DNA of 64,000 bases from an uncultured Alphaproteobacteria bacterium (GTDB taxonomy: Bacteria > Pseudomonadota > Alphaproteobacteria > HIMB59 > GCA-002718135). Both the position numbers and the translations under genes were made by a program. The stretch lies in contig CACJAV010000001.1 in the NCBI GenBank assembly GCA_902591485.1, positions 16,563 through 80,562 of the forward strand. Direction: 5' to 3'. Of the stretch, positions 40,313-48,682 are shown in pieces (the first letter of the stretch is position 1; every line of letters starts with the position of its first letter). Under the pieces are notes generated by a model. That model worked only from the letters and a program-made list of their open reading frames with translations. It was not told the DNA's origin and ran no database searches.

Positions 40313-41092
40313 ATGACTAATATTGCCTCAATTGTTGATTTTTCAAATCACCCTATAGATGATTTAAACTATATAAATAAATGCAACTCTTACATAAAAG
40401 AAAATTCAATATTAGTTTTAGAAAATTTTTTGTTAAATATTAGTTTAAATAAAATTTTAACTGAGGCAAAATTTTTAGAAAAAGAGGCTTTTTATTGTGA
40501 GCAAAAACACACAATTTTATTAAAAAAACAATCATCAGATTATGATCAAGAAGATCCTCTAAATATTTTAATGACTAGTGATAAAGGTTGCGTACCCCAT
40601 GATTTAATTAATACTAATTCAGATTTAAACATTTTATACCATTCTGATATTTTTAAAAATTTTATTAAAAAAGTTTTAGGTCTTGATAATATTTATCCAT
40701 ATGTTGATAAATTATCTTCAATTAATTTAAATTATTATCAAAAAGGTCAACAACTTGGTTGGCATTTTGATAATGCTTCTTTTGCTATAACTCTTATGAT
40801 TCAGTCTGCACCAATCGGTGGAGAGTTTGAGTATATAACAGAAGGAAGAGATTCAAATAAAGATTTAATAGATAGAGATATTATGTCTAGAATTATTTCA
40901 GGTTCAAAAAAACCAAATAAACTTAATGCTGATGATGGCACATTAATATTATTTTATGGAAGAAATTATCTTCATCGGGTAACACCAGTTGAAAGTGAAA
41001 TACCGAGAATACTTATTACACTTAATTATAATCAAGAGAATAATGTAGAACTTTCTGAAAATGCCAGAATGACTTTTTTTGGGAGATTATAA
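40313..41092 (+). CDS. Fe(II)/2-oxoglutarate-dependent oxygenase (subfamily unknown)
   Basis: 259 aa. HxD...H facial triad candidates (GWHFDN ... YLHRVTPV) with an Arg (PRILITLNY) downstream. Starts 3 nt after the GFA gene. Confidence 0.6.
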   Translation: MTNIASIVDFSNHPIDDLNYINKCNSYIKENSILVLENFLLNISLNKILTEAKFLEKEAFYCEQKHTILLKKQSSDYDQEDPLNILMTSDKGCVPHDLINTNSDLNILYHSDIFKNFIKKVLGLDNIYPYVDKLSSINLNYYQKGQQLGWHFDNASFAITLMIQSAPIGGEFEYITEGRDSNKDLIDRDIMSRIISGSKKPNKLNADDGTLILFYGRNYLHRVTPVESEIPRILITLNYNQENNVELSENARMTFFGRL

Positions 41093-41181
41093 TTTTATTA
41101 ACAATTTTTTTTATTTTTTTAAATAATTAAAATTTAATTTTTATCTTTTTTATGAAAATTCTATTCTTTTAATTTTATTAT

Positions 41182-42219
41182 ATGATGAATTTATTACAAC
41201 GTTTAGATAAAGGACCAATCATTTGTGCTGAAGGTTATTTATTTGCAATGGAAAGAAGGGGTTATCTTTCTGCAGGTGCATTTGTTCCTGAAGTAGTAAT
41301 AGAACATCCAGAAGTAGTAAGTCAATTACACCGAGAATTTATTCGTGCAGGTAGTGATGTTGTTCAAGCTTTTACATATTATGGACATAGAGAAAAACTT
41401 AGAATCATTGGTAAGGAGCACTTATTAGAACAACTTCAAAAAGATGCATTGCAAATTGCTAAAAATGCAGCAAATGAGTTTAAAGAATTAGATTTGATGG
41501 TTTGCGGAGATGTAGCAAATACAAATATATATGATCCAAATGATCAATCTACAATTAAACAATGTCAAAAAATGTATGAAGAGCAAATTTTGTGGGCAAA
41601 AGAAGCTGGTGTAGATTTTGTTGTTGCAGAGACAATTAATTGGGTTGAGGAAATGAAAATAGCTTTACAGGCTATTAAAAGAGAAAACATAATAGCAGTT
41701 ACAAATTTTGCAATACCAAGAGGTGATATTACTAGAGATGGTTATACTCCTGCCGAAGCTTGTAAGATGATGGAAGATCTTGGGGCAGATGTTGTTGGTT
41801 TAAATTGTTATAGAGGCCCAAAAATGACTATGAAATTTATTGATGAAATAAGAAATAATGTATCATGCCATGTGTCTGCATTACCTGTACCATATCGAAC
41901 AACTGAAAAAGAGCCAGGTTTTTTAAATATTAGTGATCATGGATGCGATTGCATACCTGATAACAATGCTTTTCCAGTTGCGCTCGATAATTTGTATTGT
42001 AACCGTTATGAAATGGCAGAATTTGCTAAAGAATGTATGCAAAAAAAAGTAAACTTTATTGGTATATGTTGTGGAGCTGAGGCTCATCATGTAAGAGAAA
42101 TGTCAATTGCTGTTGGTAAAGAGCCTATCTCGATGAAATATATTCCTGATATGAGCAAACATTTTCATCATGGATATGACAAAACGCTAAAAGATGTTAA
42201 TAAAAAAATTACTTATTGA
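41182..42219 (+). CDS. bhmt: betaine--homocysteine S-methyltransferase (Hcy-binding domain, BHMT-like)
   Basis: 345 aa. The N-terminus closely parallels animal BHMT (AEGYLFAMERRGY...PEVVIEHPEVVSQLHREFIRAGSDVVQAFTYY). Zn-ligand Cys residues at GLNC and GICCG. Confidence 0.85.
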   Translation: MMNLLQRLDKGPIICAEGYLFAMERRGYLSAGAFVPEVVIEHPEVVSQLHREFIRAGSDVVQAFTYYGHREKLRIIGKEHLLEQLQKDALQIAKNAANEFKELDLMVCGDVANTNIYDPNDQSTIKQCQKMYEEQILWAKEAGVDFVVAETINWVEEMKIALQAIKRENIIAVTNFAIPRGDITRDGYTPAEACKMMEDLGADVVGLNCYRGPKMTMKFIDEIRNNVSCHVSALPVPYRTTEKEPGFLNISDHGCDCIPDNNAFPVALDNLYCNRYEMAEFAKECMQKKVNFIGICCGAEAHHVREMSIAVGKEPISMKYIPDMSKHFHHGYDKTLKDVNKKITY

Positions 42220-43019
42220 TTATAATTGTAATAAAATAATTGCTTATCCTTAACTTTAAAATTATTAATTATTTCCTTTACTTCATTTGTTTTGAACCAG
42301 TCAAAATATTTTTTTGCATTATTAAAATTTAAATTTTTATTTAAATTTGGATTTACTAAAATAATGCCATACTGATTAAATAAAGGTGGAAGATTTTCAC
42401 AAACAATTTTAAGATTATTTTTGTAATTAAATGCTATCCAAGTACTTCTGTCAGATAAAGTATATCCTTTTTTTTCATTAGCAATTAATAATGTACTCCC
42501 CATTCCCTGTCCAACACTCAAATACCATTGAGATTTATCATTTATTATTAATTCTGACTCCGACCAAATTTCTATTTCTTTTCTATGTGTTCCACTATCA
42601 TCACCTCTAGAGATGAATAAATAATTTTTACTATGTATTTGTTTTAATTTATCCTGAACTGATAAACATTCTATATTATCTTCTTTAGGTCCAACTAAAA
42701 TATAATCATTGTACATAATTTCACTTCTTTCCAAGCCATACCCATCTTTAATAAATTCTAATTCTGAAGGTTCATGATGAACAAGTAAAATTTCTGCATT
42801 TCCATCTTTTGCCGTTCTGATAGCCTGTCCTGTTCCTAAAGATAATACCTGAACTCTAATATTATATTTTTCATAAAATTTGCTATTAAGTGCATCTAGT
42901 AAACCTGTATCATAAGTTGAAGTCGTACTAGCTACAATAATTTTACTCTCAGCGTTAACAGTGTTGGTAAATACTGTTAAAACTAAAATTTTTAAAAAAG
43001 TTAATAAAATTTTTTTCAT
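42213..43019 (-). CDS. periplasmic oxyanion-binding protein, TupA-like (tungstate/molybdate-type PBP)
   Basis: 268 aa. Signal peptide. Mature N-terminus ESKIIVASTTSTYDTGLLDAL, GTGQAIRTAKDGNAEILLVHH, MYNDYILVGP. Its 3' end overlaps the bhmt stop by 7 nt. Confidence 0.7.
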   Translation of the reverse strand: MKKILLTFLKILVLTVFTNTVNAESKIIVASTTSTYDTGLLDALNSKFYEKYNIRVQVLSLGTGQAIRTAKDGNAEILLVHHEPSELEFIKDGYGLERSEIMYNDYILVGPKEDNIECLSVQDKLKQIHSKNYLFISRGDDSGTHRKEIEIWSESELIINDKSQWYLSVGQGMGSTLLIANEKKGYTLSDRSTWIAFNYKNNLKIVCENLPPLFNQYGIILVNPNLNKNLNFNNAKKYFDWFKTNEVKEIINNFKVKDKQLFYYNYNQ

Positions 43020-43020
43020 T

Positions 43021-43824
43021 TTAAGGAGTTTTTAAAGTATAAGAAGCCCATAAAGAATGCCATTTTGCATACTTATCTTTTTTTTTATTACTTCCTTTAA
43101 TTATTACTACACTATCAATTAAATATTTTGTATTTTTTTTAAAGACGTATTCAATGTATCCTTTAGAGTTAGTTCTTAAATAATCTACTTTTAAATTATT
43201 ATCTTTTATGCTCATTATCGTAATTTGATGATCAACAAGAATATTATTTTTATATTCTAATAAAATTCTTTTATTTTTGGTTAATTCTAGCAGTGGATTG
43301 TCTAGAAATATTAATTCCAATTTCATCCCAGTATCAACATCTGAACCTTGATGATTATCTATGGAAACAATTGATTTTGCATACCTTTTATAACTCTCTA
43401 CAAAATTGAGAGGGTAGTTATTATATTGATGTTCTTCCGCTAAATTCCGATAACCCTTTTTTCTTGAAAATATATCGAATTTTAGAAGACCATCATAATC
43501 AACATAATTAATTGAAGATATTACTTGAAGAATGTTTATCCCTGTGTTGCCCTTTTTTGTATTTAAAGCAGGTAAGTCCCCCAATCTTCCTTTAATTTTT
43601 ATTTTTTTATTTCCTGAATATAAATTAGTTATCTCAAACTCTTTTTTAGAATAAGGTAATTGCGAACCTAAAAAATTTTCACCAATTAATAGTTTTGCGC
43701 TAATTTGATTACTATTTTCTAAGTGATAATTAATTGGATCAATCCAAAATTCATGACAATATACGTTTTTAAATATTGAAGTTATAATTATAATAAATAA
43801 AAAGCTTGTAAATATTTTTTTCAT
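43021..43824 (-). CDS. DUF4198-family periplasmic protein (putative metal-binding)
   Basis: 267 aa. Signal peptide followed directly by HEFWIDP (the family hallmark H-[DE]-[FL]-W). Beta-rich. Ends 1 nt before the SBP gene. Confidence 0.65.
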   Translation of the reverse strand: MKKIFTSFLFIIIITSIFKNVYCHEFWIDPINYHLENSNQISAKLLIGENFLGSQLPYSKKEFEITNLYSGNKKIKIKGRLGDLPALNTKKGNTGINILQVISSINYVDYDGLLKFDIFSRKKGYRNLAEEHQYNNYPLNFVESYKRYAKSIVSIDNHQGSDVDTGMKLELIFLDNPLLELTKNKRILLEYKNNILVDHQITIMSIKDNNLKVDYLRTNSKGYIEYVFKKNTKYLIDSVVIIKGSNKKKDKYAKWHSLWASYTLKTP

Positions 43825-43826
43825 TC

Positions 43827-44999
43827 ATGCCTACTTTAATCAAATTTTCAAAAATAATGAAATTAAATATAATTTTTTATTTTTTTATATTTTTAACATT
43901 TTATTCTACATTAGCAATTTCACACGAAATTAGACCCTCAATTGCAGATTATAAGATTGAAGAAAATATATTATTTTTTGATGTACGACTTAATGCAGAA
44001 TTAATACTCTCTGGTATTGATGCTTCAAAAATCACGGACACTAATTCATCTACATTAAGTGGAACTTATGATGATTTAAGATCGTTAACTGGAGAAGAAC
44101 TTAAAGCATTATTTATTAAGTCATGGATAAAAATTCAGTCAAAAATGAATTTAAATATAAACGATGTACCTAGGAAATTTGAACTCATAGATATGGATAT
44201 TCAAAGCAATAGTAATTTTGAAATTTCTAGAGATTCAATATTATATCTTAAAGCTATACTTGATGAAGATACTGAATATTTTACTTTTAAATGGGATGAG
44301 CAATATGGTCCAATTATCATTAGAGAAATTAACGAATTAGAGTACGATGATGATTTATATACACAGTATTTACAATCTGGATTACAAACAGATAAAATTT
44401 TTATTAAAAAAGGAAACACTCGATCTATTTTTAATAGTATAGTTGATTATTTTATTCTTGGTATTCAACATATAATTCCAAAAGGTTTAGATCATATATT
44501 ATTTATTGTTGGACTGTTCTTCTTTTCTGTTTCTTTGAAACCCTTATTAATCCAGGTAACTATGTTTACCATTGCACATTCCATTACTTTAATTTTTGTT
44601 ACTGTTTCATTTATTAATATCAATCCTATAATAGTTGAGCCAATTATAGCTCTCTCCATTGCTTATGTGGGTGTAGAAAATATTTTTAAAAAATATGTCA
44701 AAGATTATTTACGATATATTATTATATTCTTTTTTGGTTTATTGCACGGGTTAGGCTTTGCTCTTGTTTTAAGTGATATAGGTTTTCAGAGTTCAAAACT
44801 GATACTTAATTTGATTTCTTTCAATTTAGGTATTGAGGCTGCTCAAATTTTCATAATTTTATTTTTGTATCTTATAATTGGCACCATGTTTTCAAGTAAA
44901 AAATATTACAGATATGTGTTTCAAATTCCTGTATCCCTTTTTATAGCTTTAGTGGGAATGTATTGGTTTTTTGATAGAATAGGTATGCCCATATTTTAA
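43827..44999 (+). CDS. HupE/UreJ-like membrane protein with ~190-aa N-terminal periplasmic extension
   Basis: The C-terminal half has GIQHIIPKGLDHILFIVGLFF and FFGLLHGLGFA motifs in ~6 TM. The N-terminal half is soluble and starts with His after the signal peptide (TLAISHEIRP). The true start may be the ATG at 43857 (MKLNIIFYFF...). Confidence 0.7.
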   Translation: MPTLIKFSKIMKLNIIFYFFIFLTFYSTLAISHEIRPSIADYKIEENILFFDVRLNAELILSGIDASKITDTNSSTLSGTYDDLRSLTGEELKALFIKSWIKIQSKMNLNINDVPRKFELIDMDIQSNSNFEISRDSILYLKAILDEDTEYFTFKWDEQYGPIIIREINELEYDDDLYTQYLQSGLQTDKIFIKKGNTRSIFNSIVDYFILGIQHIIPKGLDHILFIVGLFFFSVSLKPLLIQVTMFTIAHSITLIFVTVSFININPIIVEPIIALSIAYVGVENIFKKYVKDYLRYIIIFFFGLLHGLGFALVLSDIGFQSSKLILNLISFNLGIEAAQIFIILFLYLIIGTMFSSKKYYRYVFQIPVSLFIALVGMYWFFDRIGMPIF

Positions 45000-45009
45000 T
45001 ATGGGCATA
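44984..45009. terminator. stem-loop between convergent genes (possible terminator, non-canonical)
   Basis: TATGCCCATA (44984-44993) pairs with TATGGGCATA (45000-45009), 6-nt loop. Spans the HupE-like stop codon. No clean U-tract on either strand. Confidence 0.3.
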
Positions 45010-45070
45010 AAAATTAAGGAGGTAAGTACCCTTATAATTAATCCGACTTAATTATTTTTCAACGGTTGAC

Positions 45071-45421
45071 CTAGATAAAAATACCTAATTTTTTCAAAAA
45101 ATAAGTAAAAATAAAATAAATTATAGCAGTTCCAATTATAGAAATAATAATTGAAAATGCAAAATTTTGTTTAAATTTAAGTAAAATAGGTAAAATAATA
45201 AAAAATGCAAAACCCGGAATACTAAGTAAAATAGTGCCATAGGATAAATCAATAACTTTTTGGTAGTCTTTTGTGTCTATATAAAGCCAACTAAAAGCCA
45301 ATAATGATGTTAGAGGAATGGAAATGATTATTGCGCCTATAAAAGTAGATTTTTTAGCTACTTCAGAAACAATCACTATAATTAAAGCGGTAATTATTAG
45401 TTTTGTAAAATAATACATCAT
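45071..45421 (-). CDS. small 4-TM membrane protein (DUF3147-like)
   Basis: 116 aa, hydrophobic. Downstream of the EamA gene on the same strand. Confidence 0.5.
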   Translation of the reverse strand: MMYYFTKLIITALIIVIVSEVAKKSTFIGAIIISIPLTSLLAFSWLYIDTKDYQKVIDLSYGTILLSIPGFAFFIILPILLKFKQNFAFSIIISIIGTAIIYFIFTYFLKKLGIFI

Positions 45422-45429
45422 ATTTTAAG

Positions 45430-46287
45430 TTAGTCTAATTTGTTTAATAAATAAATAGATACAATAACAATTATTCCTCCTATTAAAATTATTATAGTCG
45501 GAATTTCATTAAATAATATCATTGTTTGTAGTATTCCAAATATGGGAAACAAGGAATAAAATGGAAATATTCTTTGAACTGTGTAAGTTTTATAAAGGTA
45601 AAATATAGACATATGAGCAATTATTGAGATAAAAATTGCTGAGTGAAATATCAATAACCACGAATTAATATCAATCATTATAATGTTTTCTTTTGTATTA
45701 CCTTCAAACATAATAGAAAAAATTAAGAGCAAAATGAAACCAACTAAAGCCATAAATGCATTAGTATAAACTACATCCAATTCTTTCAAATACCTTGAGA
45801 ACACTTGAGATCCTCCATAGAAGAATGACATTAATGTTACAAGACCTAAAGCTAATTTTTCATTTGTTAATGCTGGATCAAATCCAATTAGAAATACACC
45901 AAAAAAACTTGTAAAAATTAATATCCATTTTTTTAAATTTACTTTTTCTTTTAAAAAAATAGAGCTTAATAAAATACCAAAAGGTATTGATAATTGTGCA
46001 CCAATTATAGTAGGTGCTAAAATATCTGCTACGTAAATAGATAAATTTAAAAAAACATTAGTTGCAAAACCCATAAAGAAACCAAAACCTAAAAGAGGAA
46101 TCCAATATTTTCGTTCAGGAATTTGTATTTTTATAAAAGGCAATAATACCATAAATACAATTAACATTCTCAATGACCCCATAAGAAGTGGCGGAACATC
46201 ATTGTTAAATATTAATTTACCAACTGGATATGAGCTTCCAAAAAGAAATGTTATCAATAATATCCAAAAAAAGTGTTTTATTGTCAT
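45430..46287 (-). CDS. DMT superfamily (EamA-type) permease
   Basis: 285 aa, ~10 TM, LKEKVNLKKW inter-repeat loop. Confidence 0.75.
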   Translation of the reverse strand: MTIKHFFWILLITFLFGSSYPVGKLIFNNDVPPLLMGSLRMLIVFMVLLPFIKIQIPERKYWIPLLGFGFFMGFATNVFLNLSIYVADILAPTIIGAQLSIPFGILLSSIFLKEKVNLKKWILIFTSFFGVFLIGFDPALTNEKLALGLVTLMSFFYGGSQVFSRYLKELDVVYTNAFMALVGFILLLIFSIMFEGNTKENIIMIDINSWLLIFHSAIFISIIAHMSIFYLYKTYTVQRIFPFYSLFPIFGILQTMILFNEIPTIIILIGGIIVIVSIYLLNKLD

Positions 46288-46347
46288 ACGAATTTATAAT
46301 TAAAAATTTCATTTACTTAACATTTTAAAAATATAAAGTATTTACTT

Positions 46348-46797
46348 ATGAGTGAGCTTTCAATAAGTCTTGAATGGAGTTTACAAGAAGAGTCTCTTAT
46401 TCCTGATAAGTTTTCTAAGAGTCATACAATAAATATTAATAATAATTTAATAAAGGCTGGTTCTGCACCTGAATATGGAGGTAGTGATACAGAATTAAAT
46501 CCTGAACAGTCTCTTGCCGCAGCTATAAGTAGTTGTCACATGATGACCTTTTTGGCTCTTTCAGCTAAAATGCGATGGCCTGTCGTTTCTTACAAAGATA
46601 AAGCATGTGCTTTTCTTGGTAAAAATTCTAAAGGTAAAATGTGTGTTAATAAAATTGAATTAAATCCAATTATAAAATTTGAAAGTGGTTTTTCTGTTTC
46701 TAAAGTTGATATGGACCAAATGCAAGATCGCTCTCACCGTTATTGTTTTGTCGCAAATTCTCTTGCAGAAGATATTGAAATTAAAATAAATATATGA
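46348..46797 (+). CDS. OsmC/Ohr-family peroxiredoxin-like protein
   Basis: 149 aa. LNPEQSLAAAISSCHMMTF and a second Cys context (HRYCFVANS), typical of OsmC. Confidence 0.75.
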   Translation: MSELSISLEWSLQEESLIPDKFSKSHTININNNLIKAGSAPEYGGSDTELNPEQSLAAAISSCHMMTFLALSAKMRWPVVSYKDKACAFLGKNSKGKMCVNKIELNPIIKFESGFSVSKVDMDQMQDRSHRYCFVANSLAEDIEIKINI

Positions 46798-47579
46798 GTA
46801 ATTTAATACTTTCAGACATTAAAGATAATATTTTAAATATAACCTTAAACAATCCTTCATCTCAAAATACTTTGAGTTTAGATATAATAAAAAGTTTAAA
46901 TGAAATTATTTTAGATTCTGAAAAAGATAGAGAAGTAAAAGTAATCATTATTAAATCAACTGGAAAAATATTTTCAGCTGGTCATAATTTAAAAGAAATT
47001 ACTTTACATAGACAAGACTCTGATAAGGGATTAAAATTTTTTACAACATTAATAAATAGTTGTTCAAATTTAATGTTAAATATTTTAAAAATTCCAAAGC
47101 CTGTGATAGCTGAAGTTAATGGCATAGCAACTGCTGCTGGTTGCCAATTAGTTGCTACTTGTGACTTAGCATATGCAAGTAGTGAGTCTTTTTTTGCTAC
47201 ACCTGGTGTAAATATTGGTTTATTTTGTTCAACTCCAATGGTTGCTTTATCAAGAGTTTCAAAAAATAAACATGCAATGGAAATGCTTTTAACAGGAGAT
47301 CTAATTAGCGCAAAAAAGGCAAAAAAAATTGCTTTGATTAATAATTATTTTGATCATAATAATTTATCCAATGAAGTTAATTTAATAGCAAAAAAAATTG
47401 CAAACAAATCCTCTTTAACATTAAAAATTGGTAAAAAAGCTTTTTATGAGCAATCAGAAATGAATATTATAGATTCTTATAATTATGCATCTAAAATTAT
47501 GATTACTAATATGATGGAGTCAGACGCAGATGAGGGAATAAGCGCATTCATAGATAAACGTCAACCTAAATGGAAATAA
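46794..47579 (+). CDS. enoyl-CoA hydratase/isomerase (crotonase) family protein
   Basis: 261 aa. FSAGHNLKE, VNGIATAAGCQLV, oxyanion-hole pattern. ATGA overlap with the OsmC gene. Confidence 0.8.
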   Translation: MSNLILSDIKDNILNITLNNPSSQNTLSLDIIKSLNEIILDSEKDREVKVIIIKSTGKIFSAGHNLKEITLHRQDSDKGLKFFTTLINSCSNLMLNILKIPKPVIAEVNGIATAAGCQLVATCDLAYASSESFFATPGVNIGLFCSTPMVALSRVSKNKHAMEMLLTGDLISAKKAKKIALINNYFDHNNLSNEVNLIAKKIANKSSLTLKIGKKAFYEQSEMNIIDSYNYASKIMITNMMESDADEGISAFIDKRQPKWK

Positions 47580-48565
47580 ATACATCACTATTACTAGATA
47601 GAAATTTAGCTTTGGAAGCAGTAAGAGTTACAGAGATAGCAGCAATAGCAAGTTCTTTTCATATGGGCAGAGGTAATGAAAAAGCAGCTGATCAATCAGC
47701 TGTAAATGCAATGAGGGATTTTTTAAATATACTTGATGTAAGGGGAAAAGTAGTAATAGGAGAAGGCGAGCGTGATAAAGCACCTATGCTTTATATTGGA
47801 GAGTTAGTTGGTAAAGGTAAAACTAAAGTCGATATAGCTTTAGACCCTCTAGAAGGAACATCTATAACAGCTAAAGGAGGTGAAAATGCACTCTCTGTGT
47901 TAGCAATTGGTGAAGAGGGTAGTTTTTTGCACGCTCCTGATATTTATATGAAAAAGATAGCTTATGGATATAAGTATGAAGATTTAGAGATAAATATTGA
48001 TGATAGTCCTGGAAAAATCATAAAAGAATTTTCTAATTTTTCTAAAATTAGAGAAGAAAATATTGTTGTTTGTATTTTAGATAGACCAAGACATGAAGAA
48101 TTAATTAAGCAAGTTAGATCAACTGGCGCAAGAATTAAATTAATCCCTGATGGTGATGTTAGCGCTGTTATTGCTACTTCAATAGATGACAGTGGAATTG
48201 ATATCTATATGGGTGTTGGAGGATCACCGGAGGGAGTGTTAGCTGCTGCTGCACTTAGATGTTTGGGTGGTAAAATTTATACGAAGCTAATTTATGAAGA
48301 CGATAAATCTTTTGAAAGAGCTAAAAAGATGGGTGTAAATGATAGAAATCAAGTATTCAAAACTAATGATTTGGCAAAAGGAGATGTAATGTTTTCTGCC
48401 ACTGGTGTAACGGATGGCACTTTATTAAAAGGTGTTAGAATTAACAAAGATGATGCTTATACCCATTCTGTTGTAATGAGATCAGAAACATCCACTATTA
48501 GATATATTAACGCAAAACATAATTTAAATATAAAGAAATATAAGTCGTACTTTAAATATCCATAA
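47570..48565 (+). CDS. glpX: class II fructose-1,6-bisphosphatase
   Basis: 331 aa. AVRVTEIAAIASS, ALDPLEGTSITAKG, GVGGSPEGVLAAAALRCLGG. Confidence 0.9.
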   Translation: MEINTSLLLDRNLALEAVRVTEIAAIASSFHMGRGNEKAADQSAVNAMRDFLNILDVRGKVVIGEGERDKAPMLYIGELVGKGKTKVDIALDPLEGTSITAKGGENALSVLAIGEEGSFLHAPDIYMKKIAYGYKYEDLEINIDDSPGKIIKEFSNFSKIREENIVVCILDRPRHEELIKQVRSTGARIKLIPDGDVSAVIATSIDDSGIDIYMGVGGSPEGVLAAAALRCLGGKIYTKLIYEDDKSFERAKKMGVNDRNQVFKTNDLAKGDVMFSATGVTDGTLLKGVRINKDDAYTHSVVMRSETSTIRYINAKHNLNIKKYKSYFKYP

Positions 48566-48579
48566 TAAATAATTGAAAT

Positions 48580-48612
48580 ATATATATATTTATATTGTAT
48601 ATATATTTATAT
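48580..48612. repeat. two copies of a 16-nt AT-only direct repeat (period 17) upstream of macA
   Basis: tatatatatttatatt at 48580-48595 and 48597-48612, separated by a single g. Confidence 0.8.
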
Positions 48613-48682
48613 TTATTCTAGTATGTATCATTTTACTTTTTTTATACTATATCAATTAAATTTAATAAATGTGAGGTGTTGA

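Noticed and set aside
41093-41181. Possible SAM-responsive riboswitch or leader upstream of bhmt (SAM-II/SAM-V-type elements are known upstream of methionine-cycle genes in marine alphaproteobacteria), and a 6-codon uORF MKILFF at 41152-41172
   Set aside because: The 89-nt spacer is almost pure A/T with only a handful of C and no G-containing segments. It cannot form the conserved pseudoknot of those riboswitch classes. A 6-codon ORF is expected by chance here.
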